Positions 26,357-35,154 of a DNA stretch of 64,000 nt are shown in pieces. The notes below the pieces were generated by a model. That model had not been told where the DNA came from. It worked only from the letters and a program-made list of their open reading frames with translations, and ran no database searches. The first letter of the stretch is position 1, and each line of letters opens with the position of its first letter. The stretch comes from Planctomycetia bacterium (lineage in GTDB: Bacteria > Planctomycetota > UBA1135 > UBA2386): the NCBI GenBank assembly GCA_005776475.1, contig SXPB01000034.1, positions 3,380-67,379 on the forward strand, written 5' to 3'. A program made the position numbers and the translations under genes.

Positions 26357-27837
26357 GCACTGCCGATACGCCACCGGAGGACACCGCGACGAGCGAAGTG
26401 GTGCCGGCCTTGGCACCCATCGACATGTTGCTCGGCGAAGGCAGTGACGCGGAACAACGCGAACTGCGTCACCAACTGCAGCAAGATCCGGCCGCGATGT
26501 TCGCGATGGCGGACGCGGTGGCGTTGGTCGAGCAGTGCCGTTCGCTGCGCATCGAGCCGTCACTGCGGTATGCCGGCAAGCTGGCTGATGTCGTGCATCG
26601 CGCGAGCCACCGGGCCGGCCGCCAACCGCGGCGGTGGCGCGAGCCGTTGCTCGGCTGGTTGGCGGCGACGGTGACGTTCGCCGTGCTGTGGCACCTGGAT
26701 CCGTTGGCGCGCACGGCCGGCTCCGACACGCCGGCGGTTACCGCCGGCGGCGCGAGCCATCCGCATTCCCCGCTGCAGGCTCCGGCCGCTTCGCCGAGCG
26801 ATTGGGAGAGCACCATCGATCGCATGCGGCAGCGGCTGGCGATGGAATCGACGCCGCATCTGCGCGAAGCCCTGGAACAAGGCCTGGCCGGGCCGGCCGA
26901 TCCGCTGGCCCACTGGCTCGACCCGCGCAATGCGCTGGTGCACTTGCAGCTCGAACACGAACGGCGCGGCGATGCCGCGGTGCGCCAGGCGGCGCTGGTC
27001 GACCAAGGCAGTCTCGCTGCGATCGACGATCGCGCGCAGGTGCTGGCCGATGCCGTCGCCGGACGCCTGCCGGGGGAACTTCGGACCGCCACGGTTGCCG
27101 ATGTCGCGACCGCGGTGCGGGCGTTGCTCGCCGCCGGTCCTGGCGACCTCGTGCGGCAGACGGCGCGGCAGCAGGGCACCGATTGGCTGGTCAAGTGCGT
27201 GCCGAGCCTGCGCGGCAGCGATCTCGTACTGGCGCTGTCGGCGTTGGCGGAAGCGAGTGCGGTGGGCGGTCAGCTGCACGACGTCGTCAGCGCCGAGGGT
27301 CGGCGCTTCCTGGATCAGGTGCTGCAGCCCGACGGCGAAACCTGGTCGCGGTGGTTGCCGGAGTTGTTGGGGCCGAACGTGTCGGCCGCGGTGCTGGCCG
27401 AAGGCAATCGCTTGTTGCTCCGGTTGCCTGGATTTGGCTGCGACAGCGCCAGGTGCCATCTGGTGCGCCAGCTGGTGCTCGGCCAGTTGCGGCAACGCCG
27501 GGCGCTCGGCGACAGCGGCCCCGAAGTGCTCGCGGCGATGGTCTATGGCAGTGGCGACCTGCTGACCGCGTCCGAACGGACCGAACTGGAAAGCCAGGCA
27601 CGGCGCTGGCAGGCCGTTCACCTCGTTCCCGACTTCGGCACGGTGCGCCAGCTGCTTTGGTCGGTGGCGCCCGGCGAAATCGGTTTCGCCCGGCTGCAGG
27701 GGGAGATGCGCCTGTTGTCAGTGGGCGCTTCGCCGACGGAACTGCAGCCCCTGGCGGCGTTCTGCATGTGCCTGGCGACCAACTACGCCGCGTTCCCTGC
27801 CCCTGGCAAGGCGGCGGGCAAGCCTCGTTCGGGCTGA
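26353..27837 (+). CDS. Putative anti-sigma factor (single-pass membrane protein with a ~400-aa extracytoplasmic domain of unknown family)
   Basis: ATGA-coupled to the sigma gene. It has an N-terminal ~70-aa cytoplasmic segment, one TM (LLGWLAATVTFAVLW), and a long Ala/Leu-rich C-terminal domain. I see no zf-HC2 Cys/His motif. Confidence 0.5.
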   Translation: MSTADTPPEDTATSEVVPALAPIDMLLGEGSDAEQRELRHQLQQDPAAMFAMADAVALVEQCRSLRIEPSLRYAGKLADVVHRASHRAGRQPRRWREPLLGWLAATVTFAVLWHLDPLARTAGSDTPAVTAGGASHPHSPLQAPAASPSDWESTIDRMRQRLAMESTPHLREALEQGLAGPADPLAHWLDPRNALVHLQLEHERRGDAAVRQAALVDQGSLAAIDDRAQVLADAVAGRLPGELRTATVADVATAVRALLAAGPGDLVRQTARQQGTDWLVKCVPSLRGSDLVLALSALAEASAVGGQLHDVVSAEGRRFLDQVLQPDGETWSRWLPELLGPNVSAAVLAEGNRLLLRLPGFGCDSARCHLVRQLVLGQLRQRRALGDSGPEVLAAMVYGSGDLLTASERTELESQARRWQAVHLVPDFGTVRQLLWSVAPGEIGFARLQGEMRLLSVGASPTELQPLAAFCMCLATNYAAFPAPGKAAGKPRSG

Positions 27838-27913
27838 ACGCCGCGGATCCAACGAGCCGCCGTCGGACTTTTTCGGTGGGCTTCCTCGGCTGGCGACGGT
27901 ACCAACTGTCCAC

Positions 27914-29521
27914 GTGCGCCGCCGTATGGACAGATCGTTCGTGCTCCGTTGTCTCGCCGTTTCGATCGCTGCTTCGTTGTCGATCGAGTTGTCGGCCCAG
28001 GATCCTGCCAACAAGCCGGCAGTTCCGACCCCGGCAGTTCCGACCCCGGCCGTGAAGCCGACGGCGGCGCCAACGCCCCGCGCCAATCCGGTCGATGCCG
28101 CGGCCGAGCAACAGGGCGCGCCGATCCGCGAACTGACTCTCGGTGACGCGTTGCGCAGCGGCCTGCGCCACAACGTCGGTCTGCGCGCGGGCGAGATCTC
28201 GCCGCAGCAAGCCCGGCTCGAGCTGCTGTTCGCCGAAGCCGGCTTCGAACCGGAGATGTACGGCAGCGCCGGCTACGCCGACCGGCAGTCGCCGACCCGC
28301 AACGCCTTCAGTCCGTCGATCGAAAGCACCACGATCGATGCCACGGTGGGTTGGCGGCAGCGCGTCGTCACCGGCGGCCTGTTCGACCTCGCCTTCCAAC
28401 CGACGCGCTTCGAGAGTTCGCAGTCCGGCGGCGCTTTCCCTGACAAGCAGTTCACCTCGGAGTGGACGGCGTCGTTCCGGCAGCCGCTGCTGCGTTCGGC
28501 GTGGTCCGACTACGGCCTCGCGTCGGTCAACACCGCGCGCTACCGGCTCAGCCAGGCCAACGCCGACTACGCGACGGCGGTGCAGGACACGCTGCTCGCG
28601 ATCGTCGTCGCCTACTGGAACCTCGCCTTCGAACGCGAAAACTTCGGCGTCGTCGGCACCGCGCTCGATGTCGCCGAAGAACAATTGCGCATCACCGACG
28701 AACGCATCCGCGTGCAGGCGTTGGCGCCGCTCGATCGCATCGCCGATGAAGCCGAAGTGGCCCGGCGCCGCGAAGAACTCATCGTCGCCGAGAACCTGAT
28801 CCGCGCCCGCGAGGACGAACTGCGGCGGTTGTTGTTCGACGGTGCCGACCGCACGCTGTGGCAGATCAACCTGCGGCCGACGTCGCCGATCCCTGTGCAG
28901 CTCTCGACGGATGGCCTTGCCTTCGAGCCGCTGGTCGAAGTGGCGCTGGCGACGCGGCCCGACCTCAAGAGCCAACGCAGCAGCATCGCCGCCGCCGAAG
29001 TGGCGCTGTTGCAGGCCGAGCGTGACCTGCTGCCGGGACTGGACCTCGTCACCGGCTACGCCAGCGACGGCGTGCGCGACCACTTCAATCTCGCCTTCAG
29101 CGATTCGATCGACCAGCAGTATCCGGACTGGTCGGTGCGGCTCGAGTTCGTGGTGCCGCTCGGCAACCACGCCGCCAAGGCGCGGGCGCAGCAGGCCCGG
29201 TTGGAGGTCGAACGGCAGCGGCGCGTGCTGCACGCCGCGACCCTCGACGTGTGCAAGGAAGTGCGCGACGCGGTCCGCACGCTCGGCAGCCTGGTGCAGA
29301 GCATGCAGGCCAGCGCCGAGTCGGTGCGGCTGGCGCAGACCAACCTGTCGACCGAGCAGGTCAAGTTGCGGGTCGGCGCCTCGACCGCGTTCGAGGTGCA
29401 GCGCCGCAACCAGGAACTGCAGGAGGCGAAGAGCCGGCACCTGCGCAATCAACTCGACTACCGGACCGGCCAGAGCCGATTGTTGCATGCCCAGGGCCTG
29501 CTGCAGGCCGATGTCGAGTGA
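27914..29521 (+). CDS. TolC-family outer-membrane channel protein
   Basis: 535 aa. Signal peptide, then two tandem halves with the typical OEP pattern (LTLGDALRSGLRHNVGL..; LVEVALATRPDLKSQRSSIAAAEVAL..LPGLDLVTGY..) and long coiled helices. Confidence 0.85.
   Translation: MRRRMDRSFVLRCLAVSIAASLSIELSAQDPANKPAVPTPAVPTPAVKPTAAPTPRANPVDAAAEQQGAPIRELTLGDALRSGLRHNVGLRAGEISPQQARLELLFAEAGFEPEMYGSAGYADRQSPTRNAFSPSIESTTIDATVGWRQRVVTGGLFDLAFQPTRFESSQSGGAFPDKQFTSEWTASFRQPLLRSAWSDYGLASVNTARYRLSQANADYATAVQDTLLAIVVAYWNLAFERENFGVVGTALDVAEEQLRITDERIRVQALAPLDRIADEAEVARRREELIVAENLIRAREDELRRLLFDGADRTLWQINLRPTSPIPVQLSTDGLAFEPLVEVALATRPDLKSQRSSIAAAEVALLQAERDLLPGLDLVTGYASDGVRDHFNLAFSDSIDQQYPDWSVRLEFVVPLGNHAAKARAQQARLEVERQRRVLHAATLDVCKEVRDAVRTLGSLVQSMQASAESVRLAQTNLSTEQVKLRVGASTAFEVQRRNQELQEAKSRHLRNQLDYRTGQSRLLHAQGLLQADVE
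28016..28050 (+). repeat. 15-bp tandem repeat (ccggcagttccgacc x2, plus a partial third copy) inside the TolC-family gene
   Basis: Read directly from the sequence. It encodes PAVPT-PAVPT-PAV in the post-signal linker. Confidence 0.9.
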
Positions 29522-29574
29522 GGCTTCCGCCCGCCCCTGGTGACGTGACGCCAGCACGGAGCTAGCTACCAGCC

Positions 29575-31296
29575 ATGTCGATGTCGTTCTTCCCTTCGCC
29601 GACGCGGTCGTCTCGCGTTTCCGCCCTGGTCCCGGTCGTGGTGGTTGCGGCCTTGTTGCCGGCCTTTGGGCGCGCCCAGGACGGGCCGCCGGCCACTGCG
29701 GTGGCCTCGCTGCAGGCCCCGCCGAACCCGTTCCGGCTCGACCCGTTCCGCACCGACTTCCCGGTGGGGCTGGAGTATCCGCCGCACCTCGGGGCCGAAT
29801 ACGACCGCACCCGCCGGCAGATCCTCGAACGACTCGCCCAGAACCTGCAGGGCAACGTGCGCAAGGAGGCCTGGCACCTCGCCACCGAGTTCTATTGGCG
29901 CGCGCCGGAGGAAGCGATCGAGCCGCTGGTGACCGCGATGGACAAGGCGTTCGGCGACCCGGCCCTGGTCGACGTGGTCAAGAACTGTGTCGAGGCGATG
30001 GGGCGCATGGCGCGGCCGGAGTTCGATGCCGCGTTGCGACGGGCGTTGCAGCACAAGAACCCCAACGTGCAGCAGGCCGCGTTCTCGGCCCTGGCGCGCT
30101 CCAGCAAGCCGGAGACCCTGCGCGAACTGGCGACGGCGTTCGAACACATGGATGGCCGCGGTCGCGGCGCCTGGCTGCGCGCGGTGCGCGAGCGCCTCGG
30201 CGACGACGGTGTGCCGTTGCTCGAACGGGTGATGGCGGCCAACTACCCGCCCGCGGTGCAGGAGCAGGTGCTGGCGCAAGCGCTGCAGCTGTCGCCCGCC
30301 AACGCGGCCAAGGTCTTGCGCAGTCGCTGGGCGACGGCTTCGGGCGAACTGAAGGCGGTCATCGCCGGCGTGCTGCATGCCTCGGGTGACACCCTGGGCA
30401 CGGCGTGGCTCAAGGATGCGTTGGGCAGCGAAGACATCGCCCAGCTCGGCGCGGCGATCAAGCACTGCGCGTTCGGCGACGTCGGCGTTCTGCGTGACGA
30501 CCTGCTGCGGGCCTCGACCCACCTGCGCACCGATGTGCGTTTCGAAGTCGCCAAGGTCTTGATCAAGCTGAAGGGCGACGATGTCGCCGACGTGTACGAA
30601 GTGCTGGCGTCGCCCGACGAACCGTGGGACACGCGCGCGATCGCGCTGCGCGAGCTGACGCGACGCGGTCGGCCGGCCATCGTGAGCACGCTGCTCGAAG
30701 AACTGCCGACGGCGAGCGGCACCCGCTTGCAGATGCTGGTCAACCAGCTGTCGGCGAGCGGCGACCCGCGGGCAGTGCCGCTGTTGGTCGAACGCTTCGA
30801 AAAGGCGCCGGAAGGCGAAGGCCGGCCGTTCCTGCAGGGGTTGGCGCAGAACCAGTCCGAAGCCGCCGCCAAGGCCCTGTTCGCAATCTTCCGCGGTCCG
30901 GAAAAACTGGTCGCCCGCGGGGGCACGGGCAACCTGACGACGCGCGGCTACCTGCCGACCCTGTTGCTCAACCTGCGCGGCGTCGAGCGCGTCCTGCTCG
31001 CCGAGTTCCTGGCGATGCCGCAGGAGGACTACCTGCGGCGCGCGGCGATGCTGCCGACGATCGTCGGCTACGCGGCCGATCGCGACGACAAGGAACTGCA
31101 GGCGCTGTGCACCGAACCGGTGCGCAAGATCCTGTTCGATCGCACGGAACTGCCGCAATTGCGCGTGCTGGCGCTCAACCTGATGGCGCGACGGTGGCTG
31201 ACGATCGAGGACGTGGTGCGGTTGAAGAACTCGCGGCACGAAGAGTCGCCCGGTCTGCGCGCCCTGTTTGCCGACTTCTTGAACGACGCGTTCTAG
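29575..31296 (+). CDS. Exported HEAT-repeat protein
   Basis: 573 aa with signal peptide (VSALVPVVVVAALLPAFGRAQ). Repeated HEAT-like units (ALRRALQHKNPNVQQAAFSALA.., SASGDPRAVPLLVERF..). Confidence 0.7.
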   Translation: MSMSFFPSPTRSSRVSALVPVVVVAALLPAFGRAQDGPPATAVASLQAPPNPFRLDPFRTDFPVGLEYPPHLGAEYDRTRRQILERLAQNLQGNVRKEAWHLATEFYWRAPEEAIEPLVTAMDKAFGDPALVDVVKNCVEAMGRMARPEFDAALRRALQHKNPNVQQAAFSALARSSKPETLRELATAFEHMDGRGRGAWLRAVRERLGDDGVPLLERVMAANYPPAVQEQVLAQALQLSPANAAKVLRSRWATASGELKAVIAGVLHASGDTLGTAWLKDALGSEDIAQLGAAIKHCAFGDVGVLRDDLLRASTHLRTDVRFEVAKVLIKLKGDDVADVYEVLASPDEPWDTRAIALRELTRRGRPAIVSTLLEELPTASGTRLQMLVNQLSASGDPRAVPLLVERFEKAPEGEGRPFLQGLAQNQSEAAAKALFAIFRGPEKLVARGGTGNLTTRGYLPTLLLNLRGVERVLLAEFLAMPQEDYLRRAAMLPTIVGYAADRDDKELQALCTEPVRKILFDRTELPQLRVLALNLMARRWLTIEDVVRLKNSRHEESPGLRALFADFLNDAF

Positions 31297-31342
31297 CCGG
31301 CGCGAACCGCTGCGGCCGCGGCGTGGCGCCCGCTGGTCCGGT

Positions 31343-31957
31343 TCAGAACAGGATCCAGCGTTCGTCCTGCGCCGCGCGGTAGGCCGACACCACGCCTGCA
31401 CCGGTGCCGGGCACCCGTTGCGCCGACCCTGGCCGCGGCCGGTGTTGCTGCAGGCCGTGGTAGTCGGCGGCGAGGTTGCGGGTGTAGGCGCGCGGTGCGT
31501 TCTCGGCGACGAACCACGCGCAGTGGCCTGGGCCCGAGTTCTCCAGCGGCCAGGCCAGCACTTCGAGTGCGGGGCGGGTGTCGGGGCCGGCCTTCGTGCG
31601 CGAATCCGGCGGCGACACCGCGAGCTGGAAGGCGTAGTGCTTGTTCTGGCCGAGGTAGAGCACTCCGGCGGGCAGCTCCGGCAGGGGTTCAAGGTCGCCG
31701 ACGAAGACCCCATCGGCGTTCAGCAGGGCCACCATGCGGCCGTGCATGTGCTCGATGTCGTCGGCATCGAGCGGCCACGACAGCGGCGTGGCGGCGGCGA
31801 GCAGCAGTTCGGCGATGCGGGCGGCGCGGCCTTCGATGCGCACGGTGCGTGTGGCGGCCAACCAAGGCAGCCACAGGGTCACCCCGATCATGGCGACGCC
31901 CAGGATCAGGTACCATGTCGACGGATTGCCGAAGCGAGAGCGCCGCCACTCGTGCAT
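31343..31957 (-). CDS. Hypothetical N-terminally membrane-anchored protein
   Basis: This is the C-terminal 204 aa of ORF 31343..32239. It starts MHEWRRSRFGNPSTWYLILGVAMIGVTLWLPWL (TM). No family recognised. Confidence 0.5.
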   Translation of the reverse strand: MHEWRRSRFGNPSTWYLILGVAMIGVTLWLPWLAATRTVRIEGRAARIAELLLAAATPLSWPLDADDIEHMHGRMVALLNADGVFVGDLEPLPELPAGVLYLGQNKHYAFQLAVSPPDSRTKAGPDTRPALEVLAWPLENSGPGHCAWFVAENAPRAYTRNLAADYHGLQQHRPRPGSAQRVPGTGAGVVSAYRAAQDERWILF

Positions 31958-31979
31958 CGCAGCAGTATCCTGCGTCGCG

Positions 31980-33335
31980 ATGCCACACGCCAGGATCGAG
32001 CTCGCCAGCCTGCCCGAGGTGGTGCGCCACATCGCCGCGCGCCTGCACGCGGCGGGCGGCTCCCTGTGGCTCTGCGGCGGCACGGTGCGCGACCTGTTGC
32101 TCGGTCGCACGCCGCGCGACTTCGACATCGCCACCGACGTGTTGCCGCAGGCGGTGGCGGCGCTCGGTCCCGAGGTCGATGCCCGCGATGCCCGCTTCGG
32201 TGTGTGCCGCTGGCCCGGCGAGCCCGAAGTGTCGATCACGACGCTGCGGCGCGAAGCCGGCTACCACGATCGTCGCCGGCCCGACCACGTCGAGTTCGTG
32301 CGCGACGTCGCCATCGATGCGCGGCGGCGGGATTTCACCGTGAATGCGCTGTACCTCGATCTCGCGACGGGCGCGGTCGTCGATCCCGTGCAGGGGCGCT
32401 GCGATCTCGAACAGCGTCGGCTGGCGACGATCGGCGACCCCGCGGTCCGGTTCGCCGAGGACCCGTTGCGCCTGCTGCGGCTCGTGCGGTTCGCGGCGCG
32501 GCTCGGGTTCACGATCGATCCCGCGACGGCGGCGGCGGCCACGGCGGCGGCTCCGGACCTCAGGAGCCTCGCGGTCGAACGCGTCTTCGACGAACTGACG
32601 CAGGCCTTCACCGGCGAGGGGCGGGCCGCAGCGTTGCGCACCTTCGTCGCCCTTGGCCAGGCTGCGGTGTTGTTGCCCGAAGTGGCGGCGATGGACGGCG
32701 TGCCGCAGTCGCCCGAGCACCACCCCGAAGGTTGCGTGCTGACCCACACCGCCCTCGTGCTGCAGCACGTGCCGGCCGGGGATCCGGTGTTGGCGTGGAG
32801 TGCCGTGCTGCACGACATCGGCAAGCCGCCGACTTTCGTGCGCGGGCCCGACCGCATCCGCTTCGATGGCCACGACGTGTTGTCGGCGCAGATGGCCGAT
32901 GCCCTGCTCGACCGCTGGCATGCGCCGAACAACCTGCGGCTGGCGGTGGTCGACGTGGTGCGCGACCACATCCGCTTCGCCAGCGTGCCGGGCATGCGGC
33001 CGCGCCGGCTCGAGCGCTGGCTGCGGTCGCCGGGCTTTGCGCAGCATCTCGCATTCCATCGTGCCGATTGCCTCGGCAGCCATGGCCGGCTCGACATCCA
33101 CGACTTCGCGGCGGCGGCGCTGGCTGCGTTGCCGCCGGCGCGGCCACGGCTGTGCAGCGGAGCCGACGTGCTGGCATTGGGCGTGCCGGCGGGGCCGGCG
33201 GTGGGGGAATTGCTGCAGGCACTCGAACTTCGCCTCGACGAAGCGCCGATGGCATTGGACCGGGACGCCGCCCTCGTCCTGTTGCGAGAACTGGTGCGGT
33301 CCTTCCATCAAGACCGCGGCCCCGAGGCCCGATAG
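31980..33335 (+). CDS. cca: Class II tRNA nucleotidyltransferase (CCA-adding enzyme / poly(A)-polymerase family) with an HD domain
   Basis: LWLCGGTVRDLLLGRTPRDFDIAT..RRDFTVNALYLDL..DPLRLLRLVRFAARLGF..HHPEG..LHDIGKP. Confidence 0.85.
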   Translation: MPHARIELASLPEVVRHIAARLHAAGGSLWLCGGTVRDLLLGRTPRDFDIATDVLPQAVAALGPEVDARDARFGVCRWPGEPEVSITTLRREAGYHDRRRPDHVEFVRDVAIDARRRDFTVNALYLDLATGAVVDPVQGRCDLEQRRLATIGDPAVRFAEDPLRLLRLVRFAARLGFTIDPATAAAATAAAPDLRSLAVERVFDELTQAFTGEGRAAALRTFVALGQAAVLLPEVAAMDGVPQSPEHHPEGCVLTHTALVLQHVPAGDPVLAWSAVLHDIGKPPTFVRGPDRIRFDGHDVLSAQMADALLDRWHAPNNLRLAVVDVVRDHIRFASVPGMRPRRLERWLRSPGFAQHLAFHRADCLGSHGRLDIHDFAAAALAALPPARPRLCSGADVLALGVPAGPAVGELLQALELRLDEAPMALDRDAALVLLRELVRSFHQDRGPEAR

Positions 33336-33376
33336 CCGGCGAGCCCGGTCGCACGGCCTGGGCCACGAGGAGACCC

Positions 33377-34267
33377 ATGACCGTCCGCAATTTCAGCGAC
33401 CAAGGCTTCGAGGACTTTCGCAAACAGCGCAAGCGCATGCTGGCGAAGCTCGGTCCGCAGGGGCCGGCTGCCGGCTACGAGAACCAGGCTCTGCGCGAGC
33501 TGGAACAGGTCGAAGCGCGCGAGGTTCGCGAGCAGCAGCTCACCCGCGAAGTGCACGACTTCTTCCAGGCCGCGACCAAGCAGGCTGCCTCCATCGTCGA
33601 TCGCGTGGCGCGCGACGTGCAGCAGGAGACCGGCGCCAAGGTCGAGCAGGAAATGGAGTCGTTCCTGATCGAGTCGTTGGCGCGCATGAACACGTTCGTG
33701 CTCAACGTGCTGCACCAGAAGCGTGGCCCGGTGGCGGAGACGCGCATGGAGCCGCACGTCGGCAACCTGGTCGGCCAGACCCTCGACGAGTTCCGCTGGG
33801 CCGGCACCGCCGATGTCGGCGACAAGCACATCGGCCAGGATCCGTTCGCGACGCCGGTCGACGACGTGACGCGCGAGTTCCGCCAGATCGTCGGCGCCGC
33901 CGCGTCGGCGGAAGAAGTCGCGGTGCCGATCGACCAGCACCTGGTGGCGACGGTGCAACAGCAGGCGGGTTCGGCGGTGGAGGAGTCGCTGCCGGAGGTC
34001 GCTCCGATGCCGCGCACGACGGCGGCTGCACCCGCGAAGGCGGCGCCGGCCGAAGCGATGCCGAAGTCGGCGATGACCACGGCGCCCGAGGCGCCAGCAC
34101 CGGCGGCAGCGTCGGCGACGCCCGCGGCGGCGACGACGGCCGCCAGCGAGGACCTGGAGCGTTTCAAGAACGCCCTGAAGGCACTCGTCCGGCAGGGCGT
34201 GATGAACAAGGACGAAGCGCGCGCGGCCTGGCAGGCCCGACTCGCTTCGCTCGGCCTGCAGGGCTGA
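33377..34267 (+). CDS. Hypothetical protein (charged helical N-terminal half, Ala/Pro-rich C-terminal half)
   Basis: 296 aa. AGGAG lies ~5 nt upstream of the ATG at 33377. The coding-looking segment is the tail of track ORF 31418..34267. No family recognised. Confidence 0.55.
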   Translation: MTVRNFSDQGFEDFRKQRKRMLAKLGPQGPAAGYENQALRELEQVEAREVREQQLTREVHDFFQAATKQAASIVDRVARDVQQETGAKVEQEMESFLIESLARMNTFVLNVLHQKRGPVAETRMEPHVGNLVGQTLDEFRWAGTADVGDKHIGQDPFATPVDDVTREFRQIVGAAASAEEVAVPIDQHLVATVQQQAGSAVEESLPEVAPMPRTTAAAPAKAAPAEAMPKSAMTTAPEAPAPAAASATPAAATTAASEDLERFKNALKALVRQGVMNKDEARAAWQARLASLGLQG

Positions 34268-34270
34268 GCC

Positions 34271-35128
34271 TCAGGTCAACGCGATCGCGCGCCCGATCCG
34301 GCGCGCCGGCCAGATGCACGCGATGATGCCGAGTGCGGCCCACGTGGCCCCGGCAGCCAGCGCCAGCAAGCCCGTGTAGAGCATCGTGCCGAGCAGCAGC
34401 CACATCATGGCGCCGCGGATCGCGCCGCGGTTCCAGTCGCGGATGCGCACCATGCGGCCGAGGAATGCGGCGAGCGGCAGCGCGGCGAGGGCCGGGGCGG
34501 GCCAGGGACCACCTTGCACCGTCCACAGGGCGATGCCCACCGCGAGCGGCGGCACGCACTGCGCCGTGCGCACGACCCACGCGCGCGCGCGCGGCAGGTC
34601 TTCGCAGATGCCGAGCACGGTCACCGCGACGATGTAGCCGCCGTAGGCGATCGCGGCGACGAGCACGTCGGTGCGCCGCGCCGGATCGATCGGGCCCGCG
34701 ATAGCCAGCCCGGTGGCGAGGTTGAGGCCACGCAGAACGCCCATGCCGAGCACGCTGAGCGCGAGCAGCCGCTTGCTGGCGAAGTCGTAGCCGAGCACCA
34801 GCGCGGCGATCACCGCGTGGTGGAGGCGGCATGGCGACACCAGCAGTCCGACGGCGAACAGCACGAGCCCGAGCGTCACCGCGAAGCGAACGGACAGGTC
34901 GCCACGCGGCAGTGGTCGTTCCGGGCGCTGGCGGGCATCGACGTCGCGGTCGGCGACGTCGTTCCACACCATGCCACCGGCGTAGAGGCAGACGCTCGCG
35001 AACGCCGCCCGCGCGACGTCGAGCTGCCAGGGCAACCCGGCGATGGCCACCGAAGCGACCACGTCGGCGGCGGGCGAGAACAAGGTGCCCACGCGCAGCA
35101 GGCGCAGGATCGGCAGCAAGGAACGCAC
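34271..35128 (-). CDS. UbiA-family prenyltransferase
   Basis: 285 aa, polytopic, with a WNDVADRDVDARQRPERPLP (NxxxDxxxD) motif. Confidence 0.8.
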   Translation of the reverse strand: MRSLLPILRLLRVGTLFSPAADVVASVAIAGLPWQLDVARAAFASVCLYAGGMVWNDVADRDVDARQRPERPLPRGDLSVRFAVTLGLVLFAVGLLVSPCRLHHAVIAALVLGYDFASKRLLALSVLGMGVLRGLNLATGLAIAGPIDPARRTDVLVAAIAYGGYIVAVTVLGICEDLPRARAWVVRTAQCVPPLAVGIALWTVQGGPWPAPALAALPLAAFLGRMVRIRDWNRGAIRGAMMWLLLGTMLYTGLLALAAGATWAALGIIACIWPARRIGRAIALT

Positions 35129-35154
35129 CCGCGGATTCGAGCCCGCGCGACCGC

